A DNA stretch of 64,000 nt from an uncultured Candidatus Binatia bacterium (GTDB taxonomy: Bacteria; Desulfobacterota; Binatia; HRBIN30), in the NCBI GenBank assembly GCA_964524885.1, contig CAZGEJ010000003.1, positions 97,994 to 161,993 of the forward strand. The letters run 5' to 3'. The first letter of the stretch is position 1. Every line of letters starts with the position of its first letter. Positions 10,357-19,491 of this stretch are shown here, piece by piece. Both the position numbers and the translations under genes were made by a program. Below the pieces are notes generated by a model, which ran no database searches, was not told the DNA's origin, and was given only the letters and a program-made list of their open reading frames with translations.

Positions 10357-11442
10357 TCAAGCGTCGGCGGCTTGATGTTCGTCGCGCGTGGCATCGTCGG
10401 CCGCCACCCATTGGCTGAGAAGTGTGTAGGCGATGGCGAGGATCACCGGGCCGAGGAAGAGGCCGATGACCCCGAGCGCCAGCAAGCCGCCGATGACGCC
10501 CGAAAAGATCAGCAGCAACGGCAGGTCGGCGCCGCGTCGGATCAACACCGGTCGAACGACGTTGTCGATGAAACCGCAGAGCAACGACCACAACAGGAAC
10601 GCCCCACCCCACCCGGCGCCGTGGCCGAGCCAGACCCAGACCGTCGTCGGCAGCATCACCAAGTGCGGGCCGACCTGCGCCACGCAGAGCACGAAAGCCA
10701 GGGCGATGAGGAATGCAGCGAAGGGAACGTCGACCACCGCCAAGCCGATGGCCACCAAGGTGGTCTGCAGCACGGCGGTGACGATCACGCCGAGGGCTAC
10801 GCCGCGGATCGCTTGCGCCGCCAGGACGGCAGCATCAGCGCCGGAAGCGCCGGCCAGACGGCGCGCGAACGCCGTGACACCGCCGGCAGCCACCTCGCCA
10901 TTGGCGTAGAGGATGCCGCTGATCACCACCGTCAGGAGAAACTGCACCAGCAGCATACCCAAACTGCCGACCTGCTGCACGATCCACAGGGCCGCATTCT
11001 GAGCGTGTGGCGCCAGCCGTGCGGCCAACTCCTCCGGCGGCAGTGCCGCCAGCTCGTGCCACCGCGCCACGGCCGTATCGCCGACCATCGGCAGCGACGC
11101 GAGCCAGGCCGGCGGTTGCGGGATCGACATCGTCGCCAGCTGCCGCGACCAGCTGACGATGTCGTCGGTGCTGCCGACGATCGCGTCGATCCCCCACGAA
11201 ACCGGACCGATGAGGAGCAGCAACAACGCCATCGTCAGCGTCGCCACCGCCGGCGCACGGCGGCCGCCGTAGATCCGCTGCAACGCCAACATCACCGGCC
11301 AGGTGGAGATGACGATCGTCGTCGCCCATGCCAGCGCCGTGAGAAAGGGCTGCACGATCCAGACGCTGGCGGCGATGAGTATCCCCAGCGCCAACACTTG
11401 CAGCAGGACGCGCGGCAGGTCGAAGGCAGTCGACGCGTTCAT
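10357..11442 (-). CDS. AI-2E family transporter (PerM/YhhT-like permease)
   Basis: Eight predicted TM helices. The layout and the GxxDNxxRP-like motif (FIDNVVRPVLIRR) are typical of AI-2E/UPF0118 permeases. Confidence 0.8.
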   Translation of the reverse strand: MNASTAFDLPRVLLQVLALGILIAASVWIVQPFLTALAWATTIVISTWPVMLALQRIYGGRRAPAVATLTMALLLLLIGPVSWGIDAIVGSTDDIVSWSRQLATMSIPQPPAWLASLPMVGDTAVARWHELAALPPEELAARLAPHAQNAALWIVQQVGSLGMLLVQFLLTVVISGILYANGEVAAGGVTAFARRLAGASGADAAVLAAQAIRGVALGVIVTAVLQTTLVAIGLAVVDVPFAAFLIALAFVLCVAQVGPHLVMLPTTVWVWLGHGAGWGGAFLLWSLLCGFIDNVVRPVLIRRGADLPLLLIFSGVIGGLLALGVIGLFLGPVILAIAYTLLSQWVAADDATRDEHQAADA

Positions 11443-11553
11443 CGGAAGTTCCTCCTCTCGACGCGGGCGCGGGTGCCGCGCGCCGGGTACCTGCCTCGTA
11501 GCAGATACGAACGCCGGCGTAGAGGAAAAGGGCCCCCCCGGCCAGCGCTGGCG

Positions 11554-12381
11554 CTATCGCGGATCGTGCGGGCGAGCCCCGCGGCCGGGACTGGGCGCCA
11601 CGTGGTGCGGCGCATCGAGTTGGGCCAACCTTCTTTCGATGCCATGCCGGTAGCGACGCGCCGTTTCGGCATCGGCCGCGGCCATGACCGCCTCGATCCG
11701 TGCGGCCATGTCGTCGCCGCCCTCGAACAACGCCGCGAGCGTCGCTTGCATCGATTCCAACACGCGAGCGCGGTCGGCATACATCGCCTCGACGAGGATC
11801 GGATGCTCCTCGAGCACCTTGGCCATGGTGCTCAGCAAGACGGCGAAAATTCCGTTGCCGGTGGCGCGCACGAGCTTCTTCGAGAACTCGATCTCGGCCC
11901 GCCAAAAGGCGTGATTGTGGGCATCCTCGAAGGCTGCGACCTCCTCCAGCAGCGAGGGCAAGACCTCGAGGATGCGCTCGCGGTGGCGCACCATCAGCCG
12001 AACGGCCAAGGTGCGCCGCACCTCGCCGAGTTCGATGATGAGCGCCGTCGCCCGCTCCGGGTCGTCGGCACAGGCCGCCAGCCAGTCGGCGATCAGCGAC
12101 AAGTCGGCGATGTCGTGCGGGTCGTTGACGCGCAGGCCGCTGCCTTGGCGGGCGGTGACCAGGCCACGCGCCTCGAGGCGAGCCAGCGCCCGCTGCATGG
12201 TCGAGGGGTCGACGCCGTATTGCTGGGCGAGTTCGCGCAGCGTCGGCAAGCGCGTGCCGGGACGATGTTCGCCCCGCAGGATGGCCCGCGTCAGGTCGCG
12301 ATCGATGCGTTCCGCAGCGTTGACAGTGCTCAGAGCCGGTTCACTCACGCTCTCCCCATAGCCAGCCGGCGCAGCGCACAC
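11554..12381 (-). CDS. GntR-family transcriptional regulator (FadR-type C-terminal domain)
   Basis: N-terminal winged HTH (RLPTLRELAQQYGVDPSTMQRALARLEARGLV) with an all-helical C-terminal domain. The exact start is uncertain (possibly GTG at VSEPAL). Confidence 0.7.
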   Translation of the reverse strand: MCAAPAGYGESVSEPALSTVNAAERIDRDLTRAILRGEHRPGTRLPTLRELAQQYGVDPSTMQRALARLEARGLVTARQGSGLRVNDPHDIADLSLIADWLAACADDPERATALIIELGEVRRTLAVRLMVRHRERILEVLPSLLEEVAAFEDAHNHAFWRAEIEFSKKLVRATGNGIFAVLLSTMAKVLEEHPILVEAMYADRARVLESMQATLAALFEGGDDMAARIEAVMAAADAETARRYRHGIERRLAQLDAPHHVAPSPGRGARPHDPR

Positions 12382-12459
12382 AACCGCACGCCCCGTGGTG
12401 CCCTCTCGGCGTCGCTGCGCCGCAACGGGAGGTCGTGCCGGCAGCGCGTGGTTGGGCCC

Positions 12460-13998
12460 TCATAGGACGGCGCGGGCGAGGGTCGGCCAGGGATGCGCCT
12501 CTTCGATTTGCAGCGCCAGTTCCAGCAACAGCGCTTCGTCGCCGAGAGCGGCACTGAACATCATGCCCACCGGTAGGTGATTCGTCTCATCGAAACCGAG
12601 CGGCAGGCTGATCGCCGGCGCGCCCGTGGCGTTCGCCAACGGGGTGTAGCCTGTCCACTGGACGATGCGCGGGAACAACACGTCGAACGGCAACACAGGG
12701 CTCAAGTAACCCAGGGGCGGCGCGACGTGCGTCAGCGTCGGCGACAGGAATACGTCGAATTGTTGGAACAACTCGGCATAGCGCTGATGCGATCGACGCA
12801 GGCGGTAAATGGCCGCCGGCGCCTTGTGCAGATTGCGGCGAAACGTCTCGGCGAGGCCACGACTCAGATCCGTCATCTGCCCGGGGTCGAAGCTGCGGTC
12901 GAAGAGCTTGTCCCCGAGCCGCCGCACCAGATAACCGTAACATCCGTAGAGCAAGACGAAGTCGTCGGCGAAACGCGAATCGATCGGCGCCGTGCTCGGC
13001 TCGACCGCGTGACCGAGACTTTCGAGCAGTGCGACGGTCGACTCGAAGGCACTGCGGGTCGCCGCGTCGTTCGGGTGCCCGACGGGCGAGGCGAGCATGG
13101 CGCCGATCCGCAACCGACGGCGTAGCGGCGAGGTGACGTGCCCGATCGGCTTCAGGCGCGGGTTGCGGTAGCGCTTCTCCGCCTCGGCGTAAAACAGAGC
13201 GGTATCGCGAACGCTGCGGGTCACGACACCATGGACGGTCGTCTGGCCCGGCTCGAGATTGGGACCGGGCGGGCCGATGAGACGACCGCGCGAAGGCTTG
13301 AGCCCGACGAGTCCGCAGACCACGGCGGGGATCCGGATGGAGCCGCCGCCGTCGGCGGCATGGGCGATCGGCACCGCGCCGGCGGCGACGAGGGCGGCGG
13401 CACCGCCGGAGGAGCCGCCGCTGCTGCGACCGAGGTTCCACGGATTGCAGGTCGGTTCGCGGTGGGTGAACTCGGTCGACGGCGAGAAACCGATTTCGGG
13501 CATCGTCGACTTGCCGAGCGAGATCAGGCCCATGTCGAACATCTGCGCCGCGAGCCGATCGGTACTTTTCTTGGCCGCCGCCTCCGCCAGTGCCTGCGTG
13601 CCCCAGCGGGTCGGCAAGCCGGCGACGTCGATCATGTCCTTGATCAGCGTCGGCACGCCGGCGAAAGGGGTATCGCCGGTCGCCCGGTCGGCGGCGGCGA
13701 GGGCACGCTCGTAGTCGGCCATTTCCAGAGCGTGGAGATGCGGCTCGAGCGCGTCGATGCGGGCAATGGCGCGCTCGACGACCTCGCGCGGCCGCAGTTC
13801 GCGGCGGCGGACGAGTTCGGCGGTCGCCACGGCATCGAGCCGAGCCCAGGCGTCGTCGAAGGCGTGTGCGGAGCGCGGCGCCGGCGTGGCGGCAGCATCG
13901 TCGGAGGGAGGCAACATCATCGGCGGGACTCTCGGGTTGAGATCATTGTCGTCGCGGCAGGGTCCGGTCGTCGGGCGGGTCGGCGCACCCTGCCTCAT
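12460..13998 (-). CDS. Amidase (amidase-signature family)
   Basis: GGSSGGAAALVAAG signature, with the catalytic K in TLIKDM and S-cis-S arrangement. Met75 of the ORF (MRQGAP) is preceded on the coding strand by GAGGAGGG, so I start there rather than at 14220. A start at 13920 is also possible. Confidence 0.85.
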   Translation of the reverse strand: MRQGAPTRPTTGPCRDDNDLNPRVPPMMLPPSDDAAATPAPRSAHAFDDAWARLDAVATAELVRRRELRPREVVERAIARIDALEPHLHALEMADYERALAAADRATGDTPFAGVPTLIKDMIDVAGLPTRWGTQALAEAAAKKSTDRLAAQMFDMGLISLGKSTMPEIGFSPSTEFTHREPTCNPWNLGRSSGGSSGGAAALVAAGAVPIAHAADGGGSIRIPAVVCGLVGLKPSRGRLIGPPGPNLEPGQTTVHGVVTRSVRDTALFYAEAEKRYRNPRLKPIGHVTSPLRRRLRIGAMLASPVGHPNDAATRSAFESTVALLESLGHAVEPSTAPIDSRFADDFVLLYGCYGYLVRRLGDKLFDRSFDPGQMTDLSRGLAETFRRNLHKAPAAIYRLRRSHQRYAELFQQFDVFLSPTLTHVAPPLGYLSPVLPFDVLFPRIVQWTGYTPLANATGAPAISLPLGFDETNHLPVGMMFSAALGDEALLLELALQIEEAHPWPTLARAVL

Positions 13999-14011
13999 CC
14001 GGCCCTCCTCG

Positions 14012-14036
14012 GCATGTATACGATACAATTGTGTCG
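14012..14036. promoter_or_regulatory. AT-rich partially palindromic element (gcatgtatacgatacaattgtgtcg) in the divergent promoter region between the amidase gene and the PhaC-like/acyl-CoA-synthetase fusion gene
   Basis: This is the only markedly AT-rich 25-mer in an otherwise roughly 70% GC intergenic region. It contains ACAATTGT. It lies just upstream of the amidase RBS, and a GntR/FadR-type regulator gene sits next to the amidase gene. Confidence 0.3.
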
Positions 14037-14174
14037 CGCAACGCTCCGACGGTCGCGCACGCCGCAGAAAGCCCTGGTCGGACGGCGGGCTCGGCCGTCG
14101 ACCGCACCGCACGCCGATGATTCCCCCGGCGCCACTTCCAGGGCATAACCACGGCGGCAACGGAGGAGACGCGC

Positions 14175-17100
14175 ATGGCCGACAACGAAGTTCGCGGACC
14201 GAGCGGCGACAACGAATCAACCGCAGGCCTGCTTGGCCTGCCGGCCCAGTTCGTCGCCGCGGTGCGCAACGCCATGGACATCGCCCGCATGGGCCAGGTC
14301 GAATCGGACACCAAGACCCCGTACGAGGTGGTGCACCGCGAGCCGACCTTCGCCCTCCGGCGCTATGGCGCCGGCGAAGCCCACGGCGCTCGCGGCGCCC
14401 GCCCGGTCGTCCTGCTCGTGCCGCCCCTGATGATCACCTCCGAGGTCTACGACATCAGCTCCGATGCCAGCGCCGTGCGCTTCCTGCTCGATCGCGGCAT
14501 CGACCCCTGGGTCGTCGACTTCGGCGCCCCCGAACGCCAAGAAGGCGCCCTGCAGCGCACCCTCACGGATCACGTCCTCGCCTGCAGCAAAGCCGTCGAT
14601 CGCGCCTGCGCCGCGACGGGCCGCAAGGTCCACATCGCCGGCTACAGCCAAGGTGGCATCTTCGCCTACCTCGCGGCGGCCTTTCGTCGCGGCGACGGCC
14701 TCGCCTCGATCATCACCTTCGGCAGCCCGGTCAACGTGCATAGCCAGGTGCTGCCGGGCGTCCCCGACGAGGTCTTGGTGCCGATCATCGAAAGCCTCGG
14801 GCCGGTGCTCGCCACCGGCTTTTCGCGCTCGGCCGTGCCGGCGTGGTTGACGCGCAACACCTTCCGCCTGCTCAGCCCGACCAAGGCGATTCAGAACCAG
14901 ATCGACTTCCTGCGCTCGCTCAGCGACCGCGACGCCCTGGCGCGCAAGGAGGGGCAGCGCCGCTTCCTCGGCGGCGAGGGCTTCGTCGCCTGGCCGGGTC
15001 CGGCCTTCGGCGAGTTCATCGAGCAGATGATCATGGGCAACCGGCTGTTCTCCGGCGGTTTCGTCGTCGAGGGGCAGACCGTCACCATGGCGGACATCAC
15101 CTGCCCGGTGCTCGCCTTCAGCGGCGAGAACGACGACATCGCGCGACCGCCGACGGTGCGGTCGGTGGCGGACGCTGCGCCGCGCGCCGAACTCTGGGAG
15201 GCGAGCATCGTCGCCGGGCACATGGGCCTGGTCGTCGGCAGTCGCGCCATGCGCCAGACGTGGCCCACCGTGGCCGAGTGGATCTTCTGGCGTGAAGGCC
15301 AGGGCGAACGGCCGCGCCTCGTCCATCCTCTCGGCAGCGACGAGGCCGAAGCGGCAGCACCGGAGGGTGAGGACCCGACCCCCTCGGGTTGGCTCGGCAC
15401 TGCCGAGGCCGTCAGTCGCGATGCCCTGAGTCTCTTCTTCGGCGCCGCCAGCGAGGGTGCCGAAGCGGTCGTGCGCTTGGGCAACAACCTCACGCGCCAG
15501 CTACCGCGCCTCGTCCGCCTCGAGGGCCTGCGGCGTGACACGCGCGTCGGCTTGGCACTGACCCTCGCCGAACAGGCCAAGGCCAACCCGGACGACACCT
15601 TCTTCCTGTACGAAGGACGGGCCCATTCCTTTGCCGACGCCGACCGGCGCGTCGACGCCATCGTACGCGGGCTCATCCACATCGGCGTGCGCGCCGGCGA
15701 TCACGTCGGCGTCTTCATGCTGACCCGGCCGACGGCGCTCGCCGTCGTCGCGGCGATCAACCGGCTCGGCGCCATCGCCGTGTTGTTGCGCCCGGAAGGC
15801 GATCTCTCCGCCGAGCTGCAGGTCGGCGGTGTCGAACACCTGATCGCCGACCCGGAAAACGCCGGCGCCGCGGCAACCGAATGGTCCGGCACGGTTTACG
15901 TGCTCGGGGGCGTCAACACGCGCCACGGCGCCTTGCCGCCGAGCGCCGTCGACATGGAGAAGATCGACCCCGCCGCGGTCGCGGTGCCCGACTGGTATAC
16001 CCCCTCGCCTGGGCGCGCCGAGGAGGTGGCGTTCCTGTTCTTCGCCGGCCACGGCGAGAACCTGCGCGCCAACCGCATCACCAACCGCCGCTGGGCGTTG
16101 TCGGCATACGGCACCGCCTCCGCCGCCGCACTGACCTCGGCCGATACCGTCTATTCGTGGACCTCGCTGCAACATCCGACCGGCCTGCTGGTTTCGGTCA
16201 GCGGCGCGCTCGCCGGCGGCGCCCGCCTGGCGATGGCGCACGGCTTCGACGCGCCGGCCTTTTGGGGCGAGATCCGTCGCTACGGCGCGACCGTCGTCTT
16301 CTACGCCGGCATCATGCTGCGCGAACTCGTCGACGCGCCGCATGATGTCGCCGAGCGCAAACACCCGGTGCGCCTGTTCGCCGGCTCGGGCATGCCGCGC
16401 CCGTTGTGGCGTCGTGTCGTCGAGCGGTTCGGCCCCGTCGACGTGCTCGAGTTTTATGCCACCACCGAGGGCAACGCGATTCTCGCCAACGTCTCCGGCA
16501 AGAAGGTCGGCTCCTGCGGCCGCCCCATCCCCGGCAGCGCCGCGGTGCGTGTCGCCGCCTGGGATCTGGCCACGGGCGGACCGGTCTACGACGCCGCGGG
16601 CTACGTGCGGGCCGCCGAGCCCGGCGAGCCGGGGATGTTGCTCGCCGAAGTCGAACGCGAGCGGGGCGCGCTCGCGGGTAAACCGATGCGCAACGCCTTC
16701 ACCCGCGGCGACGCATGGAGCGCCAGCGGCAGTTTGTGTGTCGCCGACGCCGACGGCGACCACTGGCTGCGCGACCAAATCAGCGACGTCATCCGCCATC
16801 GACGCGGCGTCTTGCTCGCTGCGCCGATCGAGGAGGCGCTGTGGGAGTTGCCCTTCGTCGGTGCGGCGGCGGCCTACGGGCTGCGCTTGCTCGGCGTCGA
16901 GCACGAGGTCGTCGCCGTCGCCTTGTTGCTGCGGCGCGAGGGTCTCGACCCCGAAGCCGTCACACAAGTCCTCATCGACCGGCTCGACGACGCCGCGCGC
17001 CCGGTGGTGTTGCGGCTGGTCGACGAATTGCCGCTGACGGCCGGCTACCGCGTCGTCAAGTCGGCCTTGCGGGAGCAAGGCCTGCCGCGCAACGAAATCG

Positions 17101-17231
17101 CCGCCGGGCGGATCTGGGTCCGGCATCCGGACAGCCTGCGTTTCGAGCCGCTCACGGCCAAGAAACAAGCGAGTTGGATTCGCGCCCAGTCGCCGCAAAG
17201 CGTCGCGCGCCCGGCGAAGCGTCGCCGCTGA
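14175..17231 (+). CDS. Fusion protein: PHA-synthase-like alpha/beta hydrolase domain with Ser nucleophile, joined to a FATP/very-long-chain-type acyl-CoA synthetase domain, 1018 aa
   Basis: N-terminal half resembles PhaC (VVLLVPPLMITSEVYDIS...DPWVVDFGAP...). Its lipase box is GYSQGG, not the PhaC G-x-C-x-GG. C-terminal half has AMP-binding motifs (LTRPTALAVVAAINRLGAIAV; FYATTEGNAILANVSGKKVGSCGRPIPG; ligase motif near HWLRDQISDV). GGAGGAG RBS before the ATG. Confidence 0.8.
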   Translation: MADNEVRGPSGDNESTAGLLGLPAQFVAAVRNAMDIARMGQVESDTKTPYEVVHREPTFALRRYGAGEAHGARGARPVVLLVPPLMITSEVYDISSDASAVRFLLDRGIDPWVVDFGAPERQEGALQRTLTDHVLACSKAVDRACAATGRKVHIAGYSQGGIFAYLAAAFRRGDGLASIITFGSPVNVHSQVLPGVPDEVLVPIIESLGPVLATGFSRSAVPAWLTRNTFRLLSPTKAIQNQIDFLRSLSDRDALARKEGQRRFLGGEGFVAWPGPAFGEFIEQMIMGNRLFSGGFVVEGQTVTMADITCPVLAFSGENDDIARPPTVRSVADAAPRAELWEASIVAGHMGLVVGSRAMRQTWPTVAEWIFWREGQGERPRLVHPLGSDEAEAAAPEGEDPTPSGWLGTAEAVSRDALSLFFGAASEGAEAVVRLGNNLTRQLPRLVRLEGLRRDTRVGLALTLAEQAKANPDDTFFLYEGRAHSFADADRRVDAIVRGLIHIGVRAGDHVGVFMLTRPTALAVVAAINRLGAIAVLLRPEGDLSAELQVGGVEHLIADPENAGAAATEWSGTVYVLGGVNTRHGALPPSAVDMEKIDPAAVAVPDWYTPSPGRAEEVAFLFFAGHGENLRANRITNRRWALSAYGTASAAALTSADTVYSWTSLQHPTGLLVSVSGALAGGARLAMAHGFDAPAFWGEIRRYGATVVFYAGIMLRELVDAPHDVAERKHPVRLFAGSGMPRPLWRRVVERFGPVDVLEFYATTEGNAILANVSGKKVGSCGRPIPGSAAVRVAAWDLATGGPVYDAAGYVRAAEPGEPGMLLAEVERERGALAGKPMRNAFTRGDAWSASGSLCVADADGDHWLRDQISDVIRHRRGVLLAAPIEEALWELPFVGAAAAYGLRLLGVEHEVVAVALLLRREGLDPEAVTQVLIDRLDDAARPVVLRLVDELPLTAGYRVVKSALREQGLPRNEIAAGRIWVRHPDSLRFEPLTAKKQASWIRAQSPQSVARPAKRRR

Positions 17232-17260
17232 CGCGCGCCACGACGGACGAGCCGCGCCCC

Positions 17261-17950
17261 ATGCCCGCGGAAGGCACGCTGCTGCTGTCGCCGCACGCCG
17301 ACGACGCGGCCTTCTCCTTGGGCGGCGCCATCGCCGCCGGCTTGCTGCCGAGGCCGATCACCTTGCTCACCGTGTTCGGCCGTTCGACGTTCAGCCACGG
17401 CACGGGCCCCAACGGCGATGTCGACGCCGTCACGCGCCAGCGCCGCGCCGAAGACGAAGCCTACGCACGGCGGCGTGGTCTGCAGTGGATTTGGTTGGAG
17501 CACGAGGATGCGGTGGTGCGTCTCGGCTGGGACGCGATCTTCCGTGGCGATGCGCCGCGGCCGGACTGTACTCACGCGATCATCGCGGCCGCGCGTGACG
17601 TCGGCGCGGCTCTCGTGCTGGCACCCCTCGGGCTCGGCAACCACGTCGACCACTGCTTGTTACGCGACCTCGCGGTGGAGATGACGAACGATGGCGACCT
17701 CGCCTTCTACGAAGACCTACCCTATGCCGCGACCCTTGCGCCGAACCGCATCGCGACGCACGTGCAAGCCTTCGAAAAGACATTGCAACCCACCGAGCTG
17801 CCTCTCGACCAAGCGGCGCTCGATGCCAAGCAGGCCGACGTCGAAACCTATGTCAGCCAAGTCGACTTTTGGATCCGCCGTTCCCTGCGGCGCCATGCCC
17901 GGCGTGGGCGAGAGCGCCTCTGGAGTCGAGAGAGCCTGAAGCTGGGATGA
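17261..17950 (+). CDS. PIG-L/LmbE-family N-deacetylase
   Basis: LLLSPHADDAAFSLGGAIA matches the PIG-L S-P-H-x-D-D motif. A second His/Asp motif (NHVDH) is present. The start sits 30 nt after the stop of the upstream fusion gene. Confidence 0.7.
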   Translation: MPAEGTLLLSPHADDAAFSLGGAIAAGLLPRPITLLTVFGRSTFSHGTGPNGDVDAVTRQRRAEDEAYARRRGLQWIWLEHEDAVVRLGWDAIFRGDAPRPDCTHAIIAAARDVGAALVLAPLGLGNHVDHCLLRDLAVEMTNDGDLAFYEDLPYAATLAPNRIATHVQAFEKTLQPTELPLDQAALDAKQADVETYVSQVDFWIRRSLRRHARRGRERLWSRESLKLG

Positions 17951-18033
17951 GCCTGGCGCGCGCCGAGGCATCTCTGCCGAGCCTCGGTTTCTCACCACGG
18001 ACGGAAATGAAGAGTTGCCGTGAGACGGCCAGG

Positions 18034-19308
18034 CTAGCGCCGACGGCGGGCTTCGACCAGCGCCAGATACCGCTCGACGAAACGTTCCTCGCTGTAATCG
18101 GTGGTGTACGCCTGCCGCGCCTGCTCGGCCAACTGCCGGCGTGTCGTCGGCTCGTCCCGTAAGCGATCGACGGCTGCGGCGAGTTGCGACTCGTGGCGAA
18201 ACGTCAGGCCTCCACCGTGATCCTCGATGAACTCGGCGAGCCCGCTGTGGTCACGAACGATCACGGGTGTGCCGGCGGCGAACGATTCGATCACGACCAG
18301 GCCGAAGGTCTCGAAGCAACGCGACGGCACGATGGTCGCGACTGCCCCGGCATACCAGGGCGCCAGGGCGTTAGCGTCGAGTAACCCGAGCATCCGGACA
18401 TTGGGCGTGCGCCGCGCCTCGTCCGCCAGCCGATCGCCCAAGCGACCCGCGCCGGCGATGACCAAGTCGATGTCGCGCCGCTGGCGAAACACCGACAGCA
18501 AGTCCTCGACTCCCTTTTCGGGTTCGAGGCGGCCGGCGAAGAGGAAGTAGGGTCGGTCGGCAGCGCGACGGACGCTGGGCGCTTGAGGATCGAGCGGATC
18601 GGCATCACAGAAGAGAGGCAGATGGACGATGTCGCCAGCGAGGCCGCGCCGGCGATGCTCCGCCGCGGTGGCACGGCTCGGGGCCAGGAACACGTCGACG
18701 GGTTCGCAGGCGCGCTGCAGCCGACCGACGGAGCGCCACAGCTGCGGCGGCCGCCCGGCATGCAAGGTACAGGCGGCACACGTGGGACGGGTGCAGGCCT
18801 CACGTCCAAAGCGCCAGAGGTCGTGGCGCGGACAGACGAGCCAATGATCACTGAGCGTGCACAACTTGAGAGCGCGGCCGAAGCGAAACGCCTCCAGGCC
18901 GCCCATCATCGAGGGGTTGTTGAAGTGGATGACGTCGTAGTTCTCCGCATCGAGCCAACGGCGCAGCGCCGAGCGCAGCGGCGCAGCGGTTCCGGCCTGG
19001 TGCATCCACAACAGGCCGAGGGCCCCGCCCGTGGCGTCGAGCGGCACGACGTCGATGTTGGGGTGGCGGCGCACCGCACCCATGGGGGGATGCCGGGCGA
19101 GAACGGAAAAGGCGGTACGATCGTGCAGCACGCGCACGAAGTGGCCACGCGCGGCGAGAGCGTGCGCCAGGCGTTCGGCGAAGATGGCATCGCCGCCGAA
19201 GTGGTACGGTGGGTAGAAGGTCGTGACGATACAGACGCGCAAGCAAGGCCGAGCGCCCACCGCGCCGACGTCCCCGGCCGTCGCACCGATCGCTTCGCTC
19301 GTCCGCAT
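18034..19308 (-). CDS. GT4-family (GT-B) glycosyltransferase with a Cys-cluster insertion
   Basis: N-terminal VCIVTTFYPPYHFGGDAIFAERLAHALAARGH is typical of GT4 (MshA/BshA-like). C-terminal E-x7-E region (FETFGLVVIESFAAGTPVI). The insertion CPRHDLWRFGREACTRPTCAACTLH carries four Cys. Confidence 0.75.
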   Translation of the reverse strand: MRTSEAIGATAGDVGAVGARPCLRVCIVTTFYPPYHFGGDAIFAERLAHALAARGHFVRVLHDRTAFSVLARHPPMGAVRRHPNIDVVPLDATGGALGLLWMHQAGTAAPLRSALRRWLDAENYDVIHFNNPSMMGGLEAFRFGRALKLCTLSDHWLVCPRHDLWRFGREACTRPTCAACTLHAGRPPQLWRSVGRLQRACEPVDVFLAPSRATAAEHRRRGLAGDIVHLPLFCDADPLDPQAPSVRRAADRPYFLFAGRLEPEKGVEDLLSVFRQRRDIDLVIAGAGRLGDRLADEARRTPNVRMLGLLDANALAPWYAGAVATIVPSRCFETFGLVVIESFAAGTPVIVRDHSGLAEFIEDHGGGLTFRHESQLAAAVDRLRDEPTTRRQLAEQARQAYTTDYSEERFVERYLALVEARRRR

Positions 19309-19491
19309 GATTCGTTCGAGTCTGGTCGACCCTCGTCGCGATGGCAACCACGTACCGCGCGCAGCGAACGCGACGGCGCGCCATCCCCGAAAGGCCAGCG
19401 ATGTAGGCGAGCGACCCGCCACGGCTTCGCCGCGAAATAGCCATTGACTTCGCTGCCCTCGGGCGGTCTGTTGAGGCACAGCCAGGTTGCC

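Noticed and set aside
10198-12465. 755-aa ORF on the + strand, rich in Arg/Gln/His/Asp
   Set aside because: It runs antisense to two well-supported genes, the AI-2E transporter and the GntR regulator. Its composition is low-complexity and typical of GC-rich shadow frames. It has no RBS and no motif.
15501-17198. 565-aa ORF on the - strand inside the fusion gene
   Set aside because: It is a shadow ORF opposite the strongly supported PhaC-like/acyl-CoA-synthetase gene. Its Gly/Ala/Arg-rich composition shows no domain.
17951-18033. Convergent gap between the PIG-L and GT4 genes as a terminator
   Set aside because: I could not identify a convincing stem-loop or U-tract by eye, so it is left unannotated.
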